From assembly GCA_002269645.1 (NCBI GenBank), contig NIVC01000667.1, forward strand, positions 1 to 64,000: a DNA stretch of 64,000 nt, given 5' to 3'. Shown one piece after another: positions 12,669 to 23,981 of this stretch. Origin of the DNA: Macrostomum lignano. Taxonomy: Eukaryota. Under the pieces are notes generated by a model, which searched no databases, was not told the DNA's origin, and was given only the letters and a program-made list of their open reading frames with translations. A program made the translations under genes and the position numbers. How positions within the stretch are numbered: position 1 is the stretch's first letter; each line of letters starts with the position of its first letter.

Positions 12669-13031
12669 CCTAGGTTCAATTTATCTATGAAGGACATGGA
12701 ATTCAATGAGAGCCGACGTCCGAAAAGCAACTCTGGTCTGAAGGTGTGATTGGTAGTGATGTCCACGACAACTGGTGAGTTCTGTGATTTGGGGGGGGGT
12801 CAATTTGGAGTTGTGCGGGGTGATTGTCTACTTTGATTGAGTTTATCTGTTACTCGTACGACCTATTGACTCACTTTTAAAGGTCCAGTCAAAAAACTGG
12901 TTGACAACTGCTTACTTTTCTAAAACATTATAATCTGTTACTTGTACATTTGTTTCTTTGGGTATTGTTTTTGCAATACTAAATGATAATTTGGACATTC
13001 AAAATAAGACTGGCAAACTGGTATTGGCCAT

Positions 13032-13286
13032 AGAGTCTGTGGACAATCTAATCGAGGAAAAGCCATTCTAAATGAGAAATGAGTAGTATGAGTAGATGGA
13101 GATAAGTAGATGAGTTGATGGAGTGCCCAGCGTTGATGGCATCGATCAGGCGACGGTGATTTGCTTAAATTGTTTGAGGCGGCATTATGCTGCTGCTGTG
13201 TGTACGCTTTGCTGCTGCTAGTGCGCGCGATGAGAGAAATTCTCATTTAGAATGGCTTTCTATCGATTAGATGATCCACAGACTCT
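13032..13286. mobile_element. MITE-like unit with ~47-bp terminal inverted repeats
   Basis: AGAGTCTGTGGACAATCTAATCGAGGAAAAGCCATTCTAAATGAGAA (13032-13078) is the near-perfect reverse complement of 13240-13286; no clear TSD. Confidence 0.6.
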
Positions 13287-13616
13287 GTCCACGGAGCGAG
13301 CTGCAGCAGCCACAGAGCGGCCATTGGTCGACTAAAAAAATTTCGACTAAAAAATAAAAGGAATTCAATGACGTGTTCGAGCGTATTTATAGCACTTAAG
13401 CTCGTATCCGTTTGGTTGCTGCCATCAGCGTAAAAATTGATATCTGAAGTCATGCCTTCGCTATAAAACTGTCTCTACAATGTTCTCAATGCCGAATCAA
13501 AGGTGTAGCTGCCAAATGGGGGTATTTTTACGCTACACTAACAGATAATGACGTCATACGTCGGCTGAACGTTGATATTTTGTAAATCTACCTATTCGCC
13601 AGCGACGTCGATAAAC

Positions 13617-13760
13617 GTTGGAAACGTCTGCTTGAGTAAGTTGGAAACGTTGGAAACGTCTGCTTGAGTAAGTTGGAAACGTTGGAAACGTCTGATTGAG
13701 TAAGTTGGAAACGTTGGAAACGTCTGCTTGAGTAAGTTGGAAACGTTGGAAACGTCTGCT
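13617..13760. repeat. 32-bp tandem repeat present only in copy D1
   Basis: GAAACGTCTGCTTGAGTAAGTTGGAAACGTTG, ~4.5 units; absent from D2. Confidence 0.9.
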
Positions 13761-14784
13761 TAATCCGTACACGAATAAATAATCTGCATTTAAGCCTGTT
13801 CCTGATTGTTGGCATATCGAAGATACGCCAGTCTAATCAGTATTAAAAGTGCAGAGTCAGCATACTCGCTATAGTGGTGTTTCACTGAGAGACTTTCCTG
13901 CCGTTTTTCCTAAGCAGGCAAGAAACCTCCTCATCTCCCGCAAGTCCTATACCTCTACCGTTCACTCTTCTGTCCTGAAGGACTAAGGCCAAGTCTTAAA
14001 GCAACAACAATGTACAAACGGCAGGAGAAAGATGGCTGAGATGAGGATAGAGCAGAAAAGTTAGAGTGGGTAGAGAGAATTCTTGCCTGTACACTTCAGA
14101 ACGCCTCCCATTATCTCGTTTGCGTGCAGCAGCCTTCCTTTCCTATAGCCTGTGATCCAGCAACACTATTGTATGAAATTTCTGCATGGCAGAACAATTG
14201 ACACTGCGTCTGACTCGTAGCAGCCATTCCAAAATGAATTAATAAACACGTACAAAGATAGAAAACATTGCTTTCAGAGAATTTCCAGCTGGAGAATGAT
14301 GTACATAATGATTCTATTAAACAGTACCATAAAATTTCGGTTTCGTATATCATTAGCACTAAAGCTAACACAGAGAAGTTCTTGAAATGTACCTATTGAC
14401 CATTAGCTTATAATTGCAATGTAAACATTCAATAGTTTACTACTCGTGAAGTGTCCAGAAGATTTTAGGTTTACCGATCTGCTTCAATTATATATATATA
14501 TATAGTCGGTATTATTCAGATTGACGCAGATTATACCACAGCAGCGAAACTGTAGTGTGACCTACACAATATACTACAGATCAGTATAATAGTAATAACC
14601 AGACACTTTTGTCTGAAACTGCATGCTCGCAGCATTCAGCCAAAAATGTTTTCAGTTTTCTATTTTAGATATTCTTCGGTTTTCATGCAGCTACAGTAGA
14701 CATGCTTTAATAGAAGAGATGCGACTTTTAATTGCCAACCCTGGTTATAGAAATTTTACTCTTAAAGAAAAAATGGTCAGCCCT

Positions 14785-15172
14785 GCTGACTGACTGACTG
14801 ACTGACTGACTTGAGTGAGTGGGTGACTGACTGACTGACTGACTGACTTGAGTGAGTGGGTGACTGACTGACTGACTGACTGACTGACTGACTTGAGTGA
14901 GTGGGTGACTGACTGACTGACTGACTGACTGACTGACTGACTGACTGACTGACGGTCTGACTTGAGTGAGTGGGTGACTGACTGACTGACTGACTGACTT
15001 GAGTGAGTGGGTGACTGACTGACTGACTGACTGACTGACTGACTTGAGTGAGTGGGTGACTGACTGACTGACTGACTGACTGACTGACTGACTGACTGAC
15101 TGACGGTCTGACTTGAGTGAGTGGGTGACTGACTGACTGACTGACGACTGACTGACTGACTGACTGACTGAC
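14785..15172. repeat. (CTGA)n microsatellite with TTGAGTGAGTGGGTGA interruptions
   Basis: Direct reading; the same interruption occurs in the D2 copy. Confidence 0.95.
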
Positions 15173-15673
15173 TTTATCAATTAGATGGTATACAGACTCT
15201 GTCCACGGAGCGAGCTGCAGCAGCCACAGAGCGGCCATTGGCCATAGAGTGTTTCTCGTTTTGACTGTCCAAATTATCATTTAGATTGTCAAAAACAGTA
15301 CTTTCTAGTGGCTCATTCGTTTGTCTTATTTATTTATTTATTTATTTGGCCGGGACAAATAAATATCTTTTGCATTGGACCATTAACTTATTCGGGTATA
15401 AATCGATCGTTTGCACGAACTTTTAGGATGCCTCTCTGGAGTGAGAGAGAGGGAGAGAAAGAGAGAATGTACGTAGCACGATCTAGTTGCAGTGGATGGG
15501 AGGCTGAGCTACAGAAATGGAATTAAGTCCGCGGACCAATAGAAATGGTTGGAATAAACAGCCAGCTACGTATATGAACACGACCATTCATAACCATTAG
15601 AAGCCAGCTCTTAGATCTGTGAACAATACCACGAGCCTCAATACTTTGACCTGCACTGCAGCATCAACACGCC

Positions 15674-16909
15674 ATGGCAAGCAGTAGTCTAATTCTAAGG
15701 ATACTGAGTGTGAGACGGATTGCCATGTTTGGCACTCTGCTGCTGATGCTCATGTTCATCAACTTTTACTCGCGACCGCTCAAGCACTGCAACTGCGCCA
15801 ACCATCTCGAAGGAAGTCACTCAGTCTCGAGTGACTCCCAATTTGATAACTCAGCCGTCAAATCACAGATCGATAATTTGGAAACCCGCAAAAGTCCCGA
15901 CGTTAAATCGGCGAAGAAGTTTGTCAACGATTTCAAAGCCGGCTACGAGGCATTCTATCGTTATCAGAATAAGTCTCTCTATCAGGTTCAGAAAGATACA
16001 CGGTTGCCGTTGCTACGACTCTCGGAGGCTGAGAACGACGTTAAGTACCGCACTAAGATGGGCAAGCAGTGGATGCAAGAGAAAACTGCCGTCTTTGTTG
16101 GCACCGCTAGAAATGCAAAAGACCATCTGCCGAGGAACATAAAAGACATTCATCGCTTGGGTAAACTGTTCAAGGACTACTGGATCGTGTTCGTTGAGAA
16201 CGACTCAAAAGACGGTACCAGAGAGTTCCTTATTGGCGTGGTCAAGCAGTATAACAAGACCATCATTCTGGGTTGCGAGCCCATCAACTCACCCGCTGAA
16301 TGTCACATCGACATCAAGTACCGCTCCGGTAAGATTCACAAACCGGGATGGGCTCAGAAGCGCAACGAGGAAGAATTTGTTGACCGAGGTGTAACAATGA
16401 GCATACTGCGCAACATGATTCTGGATTACATCTACGCCAATCTAGCTGACAAGGCCGACCTCATGATCGCCATTGAGCCCGACATCTCTTGGCACCCGTG
16501 GAATCTTGACAACATTGCCCAGGGGATCTACTACTTCAGCACGAGGCCTCAGCTCGATCTTCTCTGCGCCAACGGTCGTCTTTGGGGTAAGATCTACGAT
16601 CCATGCTCGAGGACGTACTATTCAATGAAGAAGTTCACCAATGTGGATGACAACGATAAAACGTTCGTTACTGACGCAATGGCCGTAGAGAAAAACAAGA
16701 TACCGATCAAGGTGGATTCCTGCTTTCAGGCGTTCGCTATTCATCGCATCAGCAGTCTGGTGAAGCACAATGCTCACTACTACCTAGCGCCTGGCGAGAG
16801 GAACTGTGAGCACAACACGTTGGCTAGACAGCTGCCAGAGAGGTACATTGACCCGGTCATGTGGCTTGACATCTACTCTCTAGTAGTCCACAGCAGAGAC
16901 CGTTGGTGA
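15674..16909 (+). CDS. Intronless type II membrane GT-A glycosyltransferase, CAP59/GT69 (cryptococcal mannosyltransferase)-like (411 aa)
   Basis: N-terminal anchor IAMFGTLLLMLMFINFY plus stem; motifs VFVGTARN, IVFVENDSKDGT, MSILRNMILDY, IAIEPD (DxD position), IYD, PIKVDSCFQAFAI, CEH, YIDP; Kozak-like GCCATGG; 1236-bp uninterrupted ORF. Confidence 0.75.
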   Translation: MASSSLILRILSVRRIAMFGTLLLMLMFINFYSRPLKHCNCANHLEGSHSVSSDSQFDNSAVKSQIDNLETRKSPDVKSAKKFVNDFKAGYEAFYRYQNKSLYQVQKDTRLPLLRLSEAENDVKYRTKMGKQWMQEKTAVFVGTARNAKDHLPRNIKDIHRLGKLFKDYWIVFVENDSKDGTREFLIGVVKQYNKTIILGCEPINSPAECHIDIKYRSGKIHKPGWAQKRNEEEFVDRGVTMSILRNMILDYIYANLADKADLMIAIEPDISWHPWNLDNIAQGIYYFSTRPQLDLLCANGRLWGKIYDPCSRTYYSMKKFTNVDDNDKTFVTDAMAVEKNKIPIKVDSCFQAFAIHRISSLVKHNAHYYLAPGERNCEHNTLARQLPERYIDPVMWLDIYSLVVHSRDRW

Positions 16910-18632
16910 TGCTTGTGCCAATACGCTGCGCGTTAATTCTTGATATTTTGATGATCCCTGAACTCAGATATATACTTCTATTGGTATTCCACTTTTCTCA
17001 CTTTCTTTGCCTCATAAAAGCAGTACGCTGAAACTCATACTTAATTTGTCATTGTATTAGATGTTGTATTTTGTGCCTTGAAGTTTTCCTGACCGATTTA
17101 TCAAAGATATCGACTGAAAATAAAAGGCACTCAATGGAATGTACGAGCAAATTTATTGCGTTTGTTGCTGCCATCAGCGTAAAAATTGATATCTGAAGTA
17201 CACGTATTCCCGAGCAACATTTCAACGTGTCGACGAATTGATGGATACCGTTGTCAAATGGGAGTATTTTTACGTTATGTCGGGAGATAATGACGTCGTA
17301 CGTCGGCTGAACGTCGATATTTTGTAAATCTACCCATTCGTACAGCGACGTCGATAAATGTCGAATAAATAAGTAGCATTTAAGCCTGTTCCTGATTGTT
17401 ATCATGTCGAAGATACGCCGGTCTACTCAGGGTTAAAAGTGCGGGGCTATTATAGTGGCGTTTCTCCGAGAGACTTTCCTGGTTTTTTTCCTAGGCAGGC
17501 AAGACACCTCATCTCCCGCCAGTACTATACGAGCTACATCTACTGTTCACTCTTCTTTACAGAGAGGATCCGGCTCTGAGTGTCCCCCCCCCCCCCAGTC
17601 TGAGATCCGTCCACACGCGCGGCATTGAGAAATAACCCACCGGCTTTCCACACTTGTTTCTGGCGCCTAGGCAACGGTCCTGAAGGACTAAGGCTGAGTC
17701 TTAAAGGGACAATGTACAAACGGCAGGAGAAAGATGCTGAGATGAGGATAGAGCAAAAAAATTAGTGGTTGGTAAGAGAAAATTTTAGCCTGTGTACACT
17801 TCAAAACGCCCGGGCAGCCTGAAAGACTCCCAGCATTATCCCGGGTGCAGCATGCAGCCCTTCCGTTCCTATAGCCTGTGTTTTAGCTACCTTCTGTTGC
17901 ATGCCAAATTTCTGCAAAGTAAAACAATGACACCGCGTCTGACTCGTAGCAGCCATTCTGTTACGGTTGAAGAACACGAAGGCACTTGGGTTTATGAATT
18001 GAAGGAGGGCGTTATTTGAGCAGCTCCAAATTGGCATGTGCACGAAGCTCGCTCTTATATTTCTTTACCCTTAAGGGCATTGAAGTTTCTAGCAAACAAG
18101 GTGTACGGTAACATTTTGCCCCGATGGCACATAGACTACTTTTAGAAGAAAATAAATCTATGAATAATTCAGCATAGCATGCAGCATATGCAACACATTC
18201 CGAAATATGAGTTAATAAACACGTAAGAGGCAGAAAATTTGCTAGCTGGAGAATAACGCACATTTATTATTCTAGCTGTACCATAATATTTTGGTTTCGT
18301 ATGTCGTTACCACTAAAGCAGGCACAGAGTTCTTCAAATGTACGTATTGACCATGCACAAGGTTATAATTATACCGGTAATGTAAACATTTAATAGTTTA
18401 ATATAAAAGTGTCTAGAAGATTTTGGGTTTACCGATCTGCTTTAACTGTGTGTGCATATCTGTAGCCTATATTATTCAGATTGATGCAGCTCAATACCAC
18501 AGCAGTGTGTCTGTAGAGTGTGACTTACAATATACTATAGTTTAATATTTAGCAGAAATCAGCTAAAATGCTTTGGTTTTGTATACTCGCCGTTTTGATA
18601 TAATATATACTGTAGCTACAGTGGGTTTGATT

Positions 18633-18681
18633 CAGGGACAACTAAAACCCTGAAGACCTGTCAACCTTTTAGTTGTCCCTG
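18633..18681. mobile_element. Ultra-short (49-bp) hAT-like TIR element
   Basis: Perfect 15-bp TIR CAGGGACAACTAAAA / TTTTAGTTGTCCCTG; flanks GTTTGATT and GCTTGATT (7/8 match, 8-bp TSD). Confidence 0.65.
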
Positions 18682-18702
18682 GCTTGATTTTAGAGAAGAG
18701 TT

Positions 18703-18965
18703 GTGACTGACTGACTGACTGACTGACTGACTGACTGACTGACTGACTGACTGACTGACTGACTGACTTGAGTGAGTGGGTGACTGACTGACTGACTGAC
18801 TGACTGACTGACTGACTGACTGACTGACTGACTGACTGACTTGAGTGAGTGGGTGACTGACTGACTGACTGACTGACTGACTGACTGACTGACTGACTGA
18901 CTGACTGACTGACTGACTGACTGACTGACTGACTGACTGACTGACTGACTGACTGACTGACTGAC
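18703..18965. repeat. (CTGA)n microsatellite of D2
   Basis: Direct reading. Confidence 0.95.
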
Positions 18966-19589
18966 TTTTCTGTTCACAGATTTAATCTGCGCTTAAATGT
19001 CACTGACTACGGCTGATTCCGAAATTAACTACTCAAGACTGACAGGACTCTTGTAGCAATTGAAAGCGCAGAAGTTTAGATACGCATGTGTCAACCGCAA
19101 TGAAAAACTATTTCACTTTTCTATTCCTATTGCCAGGCCTTTTATATTTATGCACCTTTCAGTGAGGCAAGTTGCTTTCGTTGAATTATCTATTGAATGA
19201 AAACAGTTTAAATCTCGTGGATCGTTTAGGTTCAGCGAAGCGAAAAACTTCCAAAAAGACCATTTGTGATGCTTCTGTCTGGCGTGCTGAAGCGACAAGC
19301 AGTCAAACGCATGCTCATGAGACAGATCGCGTGCTAGCACTAAGCAATAAAGTATGAAGCTGTCAAGAGCGTCACGCCTCGTTCAACGCAGACATTCAAT
19401 CTGAAATGTTAAAACCTGCTACAGAACTTGTCATTGTCCTGTAGCCACTTCAGATCCAAAGTCCATGTATCCGCAATTTCAACGTGTACCTTAAGCTTTC
19501 GCTGTACTCAAGCTCTAAAAGCCTAATCAACCTATAGAACTTGAGAAATGTCTGCAAAGACAACCGCAGGAAAGGAATCCGAGTCTGGC

Positions 19590-20277
19590 GGTGCTCTGGG
19601 TGATTGATGCGTTTCTTCCCGACTGTCTTGGTGCTCTGGGTGATTGAGGCGTTTCTTCCCGACTGTCTTGGTGCTCTGGGTGATTGAGGCGTTTCTTCCC
19701 GACTGTCTTGGTGCTCTGGGTGAGTGAGGCGTTTCTTCCCGACTGTCTTGGTGCTCTGGGTGAGTGAGGCGTTTCTTCCCGACTGTCTTGGTGCTCTGGG
19801 TGAGTGAGGCGTTTCTTCCCGACTGTCTTGGTGCTCTGGGTGAGTGAGGCGTTTCTTCCCGACTGTCTTGGTGCTCTGGGTGAGTGAGGCGTTTCTTCCC
19901 GACTGTCTTGGTGCTCTGGGTGAGTGAGGCGTTTCTTCCCGACTGTCTTGGTGCTCTGGGTGAGTGAGGCGTTTCTTCCCGACTGTCTTGGTGCTCTGGG
20001 TGAGTGAGGCGTTTCTTCCCGACTGTCTTGGTGCTCTGGGTGAGTGAGGCGTTTCTTCCCGACTGTCTTGGTGCTCTGGGTGATTGAGGCGTTTCTTCCC
20101 GACTGTCTTGGTGCTCTGGGTGAGTGAGGCGTTTCTTCCCGACTGTCTTGGTGCTCTGGGTGATTGAGGCGTTTCTTCCCGACTGTCTTGGTGCTCTGGG
20201 TGATTGAGGCGTTTCTTCCCGACTGTCTTGGTGCTCTGGGTGAGTGAGGCGTTTCTTCCCGACTGTCTTGGTGCTCC
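19590..20277. repeat. 40-bp VNTR (GGTGCTCTGGGTGAGTGAGGCGTTTCTTCCCGACTGTCTT), ~17 copies
   Basis: Highly homogeneous units differing mainly at GTGAGT/GTGATT. Confidence 0.95.
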
Positions 20278-21960
20278 AGATCACTATGACTGGAGTACAG
20301 TTTCGTTTGGGAGTTTAGCGACTTGAATGGCAACTTGAGAATGTTCGGTTTCTCTGTAGACTCGTCGGGCGACAAGCACAGGCTCGATATGGATCTGTGG
20401 GACCGTTGAACGTGAGCAGGTCGAATTTCGGACAATTCTTTATTGATGAACATCCGGGTGAAAACTACAACTTTTTCTACAACTATTTTTCTGACTCCGG
20501 TCCGTGCTCGATCGAGTGGGAATATTCCATGAAGACCTTCGAGTGCAATGATTGGGCAGTGAGAGGCCGCAGCAAATTAAGCTGGAGGCTGGTGTCCTGA
20601 GAAAATTTGAAATTGAAAGCTACTTTAATTAGAAACTTATAGCAAAATTATAGTTCAGCATTTTATTAAAAACCAGATAACTGGGAAATCAGTGAAATAT
20701 ACTAAAACACCATTCCAGTGAAATTTTACTCTTATTTTAAAGTTCTTCTCTTTGTATGTTTTATTTGTATGCACTTCAAAACCACGTCTTGAAAACTAGT
20801 CTTTATTAATGTACAACCAAGTTTATGATTCATTTTTTTCAATTGACGGCTTATGTTTCATCAAGTCGCGGTTCTGCACTGGATGGTTTGCTCGCTTCTA
20901 GTCTAAATTGTATCACCTTTAATTGATTATCTAGCTTAATTGTTAAGATGAAAATAATTATTATTGTTATCTAAACCCATATGTAAGAATTATAATTATC
21001 TCATCTATATGTACATGTAGGTGAGACCGCCAGGCAGCGGGTGATCGAGTCCGAGACGTACTATACTAGCTATTCCCAAATAATGGATAGACACTGTGCA
21101 TTTTTCAACACAAAAACGCGTCTACTGAAATTTACCAGCCCAGAGGACGAGATTGTGAGATTGGTAATCAGCAACCCCACCCAGATGAATCTGAAGATGA
21201 ACGAACAACATATCTGATGAATTATCAGTGCTGGACGTCATCGTTATGGCGCCAAAGTGCTAATGCAGTTAGACACAGAATGATGCTGTCAAGCAAAATG
21301 TGAAAAAAATCGTCTTTCTAAGATCAGATTTGCGATCAGCATTTTACATTATGATGAGGACGCACTTTTTTCCAAATTCCACGCCTCGCACATGGGTGCT
21401 AAGCTTGTTAGCCTACTAACAGCAGGCTATGGGCATTTTTCTTCTTTTTATGTAATTTTCCTTGAATTCATACTAGTAGGATCTTTGTAGCTAATCATTT
21501 TGCCATACCTGTAGTCATTATAACATAGGCACGGTTTTCGCTACTTTTGGGGTCATAAATCATTGCTTGTGAGCTGGTCTGACAGCAACCTGGGCCTCAC
21601 TCAGTGTTGAGGCTGGCGCCAGATGGTCTGAGAGGATGCGGGCGGTAGCTTTTTTCGCATCATTTTTTACAGGCCATCAAGATTTATGAGGTCAGGGCCC
21701 ATTGCTCGTGTTCACTCAAGCGTTTAACAGCTTTGACAGCTATGCGCTTTACCCCTAAAAGTACTTTGGGATAAGCGATTATCGATTTCTCTTCACCATC
21801 TTCACTTTCTATTTAATGAGATCTTTCTAATGCATATTTTTCATTAATATTTGTAATTCCTACGCGTAAGGTCATAAATCATAATGTAGCGATTTTGAGT
21901 GATTTATGACAGCAACCTGGCGTATTTTTATGGCCCCGAGGGAACTGATAGGATCTTCTG

Positions 21961-22425
21961 GTCACGTGAGTTTGGGTGGCAACAAGCTCAGCCAATCAGA
22001 AAATTCGACGTCAGTTATAACAAATCGGCTCAGCCAATCAGCGTCGAGGTGTTTCATTATAACAATTTGTATAGTCCAGTTGGCGGCTATACAAACCGAT
22101 GTTTTTAGCCCGCTTGGACTCAACCTCCTCGGACCCAGCACACAACTTCTGGCTCCCAGGACTCGACCGGCCCGTCGTCTCTTGATCCCCGGATTGCGAC
22201 AACCCCCCCCCCTCATCACCAAGGACGAATGTCCCCCGGTCGACGGCATCGATCATCGAGGTTAAGATCGTCACCTGCTAACTATCTGCGAAGACTGTGA
22301 CATCATCATCCCAGGCCTACAGCTGCGAAGCACTAAGCCGATTCGTTCACTGTGGATTACCTGGTCTCCGGCTGTTGGGTTTCTGATTGGTTGGGTGAGA
22401 GGCTACCTAGATTTGCTTGATTGGT
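21961..22425. promoter_or_regulatory. Promoter-like cluster: E-box TCACGTGA and four CCAAT boxes
   Basis: GTCACGTGAG at 21961; AGCCAATCAG at ~21992 and ~22034; reverse ATTGG at 22386 and 22420; GC-rich core. Confidence 0.4.
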
Positions 22426-23604
22426 GATCCCTTATCTGTCCCCTATTTCAGTAGCTGGATTAGGCGCACACTTTTGCTCATTTTGTTCAGTAGTGCTGTT
22501 ATTGAGGCAGAAATCATTCAATAATACTGCTAGTAGTCTAAGACTCCAATTCGATCTAAAGTGTGAAGTGATTCAGTGAGAAGGTTAAATCTGATAGTTT
22601 TTTACCGGTTTTATTTCTTTGTTCGCCGATGGCTCAGATGAGTAGCTAAGCTAGTAGGCGCCGGTCTCAGTTCAGGCAAGGCAGTTCTCATCAGTCGATC
22701 AATCTATCAAATCAGTTAGTGAAATTGCCAATAGTGCAAAATCGGCGCTAGAGATGTACTCATGTGCACTCTAGATTCGCCAAACGGCTCGGGTAATGAA
22801 TCATGCGGTCTCTGAGGTTCGAGTTAGTCTATCATCAGCGCTACGAGAGGCTGGCTGGCACGTTGAAGGCCAAAAGTACATTACATGTACAAAATTCCTC
22901 GTATTTAGCAATTTAATAGTACGTAGCTACCCCATAGTCTCGCCACCGCAAGGATCCCCTGCACAAGTCCCTTCTGTACCTGCATGACCAATGCGATCTT
23001 AGTCCAAGCAGTGTCCCTTATCATCGGCTATGACTTCGAGAATGATAGCAAAAATACACTATAGTTGGCAGGTAGCGCTAAGCCCCTTAGTCGGAAGCCC
23101 GATTTCGAAAGTTCCGGTTTGGTGAGCCAGAACGCACGGGCTGGTGGCAGCGGGTTAGTTAATCTGCGGATTAACTGATCTTTACCTGCAATATTCTCCC
23201 TGCTTGTCTCTCGCTGTCCCTCTCTTAGCTATAGGACCTAGACTGCTCGTCACAGATCAAGCTACCTCGGGGGTGACCATCTGACAGGAGTGGGGGGCCA
23301 GGACTCTAATTGATTTATTTCTGAGACCTGAGGCCCGAAGGCTTTCGTACAAGAAGCCGAAAAGGCCTAAACCCATCAATTAAGGCAATCGCTCATTGAT
23401 GAGAACGTACCGGATTGTCAAACACAATACATGTCACTCTCAAAGACATGTAATATATCTTGCCAATAGGAATAAAAATATATATTATAAAAAAAATATA
23501 TAAAAATATTTATGTGCCCACTAATTCAGAGAGCCTTGATGAGAACATTTTGATACTCTTTTTTGTTTGAATTGCTTTGTAATTTTGCTACTAAAAATTT
23601 CTTT

Positions 23605-23981
23605 GGGTCTCCCTAAAACACGCACCGCCCCGCCCCGAACCGCTACACATTATAACATTTTTTGTCAATGCAGTATTTGATTGCAAAGAAAACTATTTGT
23701 TGTAAGAGTAATGGAATAAATATCTTTAATTATTATTATAAATATTATTATTTTTTATATTCTCGTTTTCATTATTAAATTATATTATTATTATTTTATT
23801 AATAATATTATTAATATCACTTATTATTTACCGAATTTTATATTTCATAGTAAAAAAACTAAATTTAATAAAAACTTTGAAGCTTAACAGAAAACGCATT
23901 TTGAAGTGTCTTCAGTTATAGTCCAATTTGTTTTAATGTGTAGCGCTGCAGGGCGGTGCGGGGCGTGTTTTAGGGAGACCC
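23605..23981. mobile_element. Mutator (MULE)-type MITE, 377 bp
   Basis: ~48-bp TIRs GGGTCTCCCTAAAACACGC...CGCTACACATTA / TAATGTGTAGCG...GCGTGTTTTAGGGAGACCC; exact 9-bp TSD AATTTCTTT (23596-23604, 23982-23990); AT-rich interior. Confidence 0.88.

Larger units (their letters stand above)
13343..15175 (+). repeat. Direct repeat copy D1 (~1.8 kb) of a segmental duplication
   Basis: Colinear with 17111-18968 (e.g. GTTGCTGCCATCAGCGTAAAAATTGATATCTGAAGT, TTTAAGCCTGTTCCTGATTGTT, TCCTGAAGGACTAAGGC, GGTTTACCGATCTGCTT), through the terminal (CTGA)n tract. Confidence 0.9.
17111..18968 (+). repeat. Direct repeat copy D2 (~1.85 kb)
   Basis: Colinear with D1; carries a ~115-bp insertion (~17562-17677) and a 49-bp TIR element. 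Confidence 0.9.

Noticed and set aside
17049-17405. 118-aa ORF in D2 with a counterpart in D1 as a gene
   Set aside because: Broken by a repeat and stops in D1; no domain recognised; shared sequence is explained by the duplication.
23325-23372. Hairpin AGGCC-CGAA-GGCTTT...GAAGCC-GAAAA-GGCCT as a hammerhead
   Set aside because: Has stem II and GAAA but lacks the CUGANGA core and cleavage triplet.
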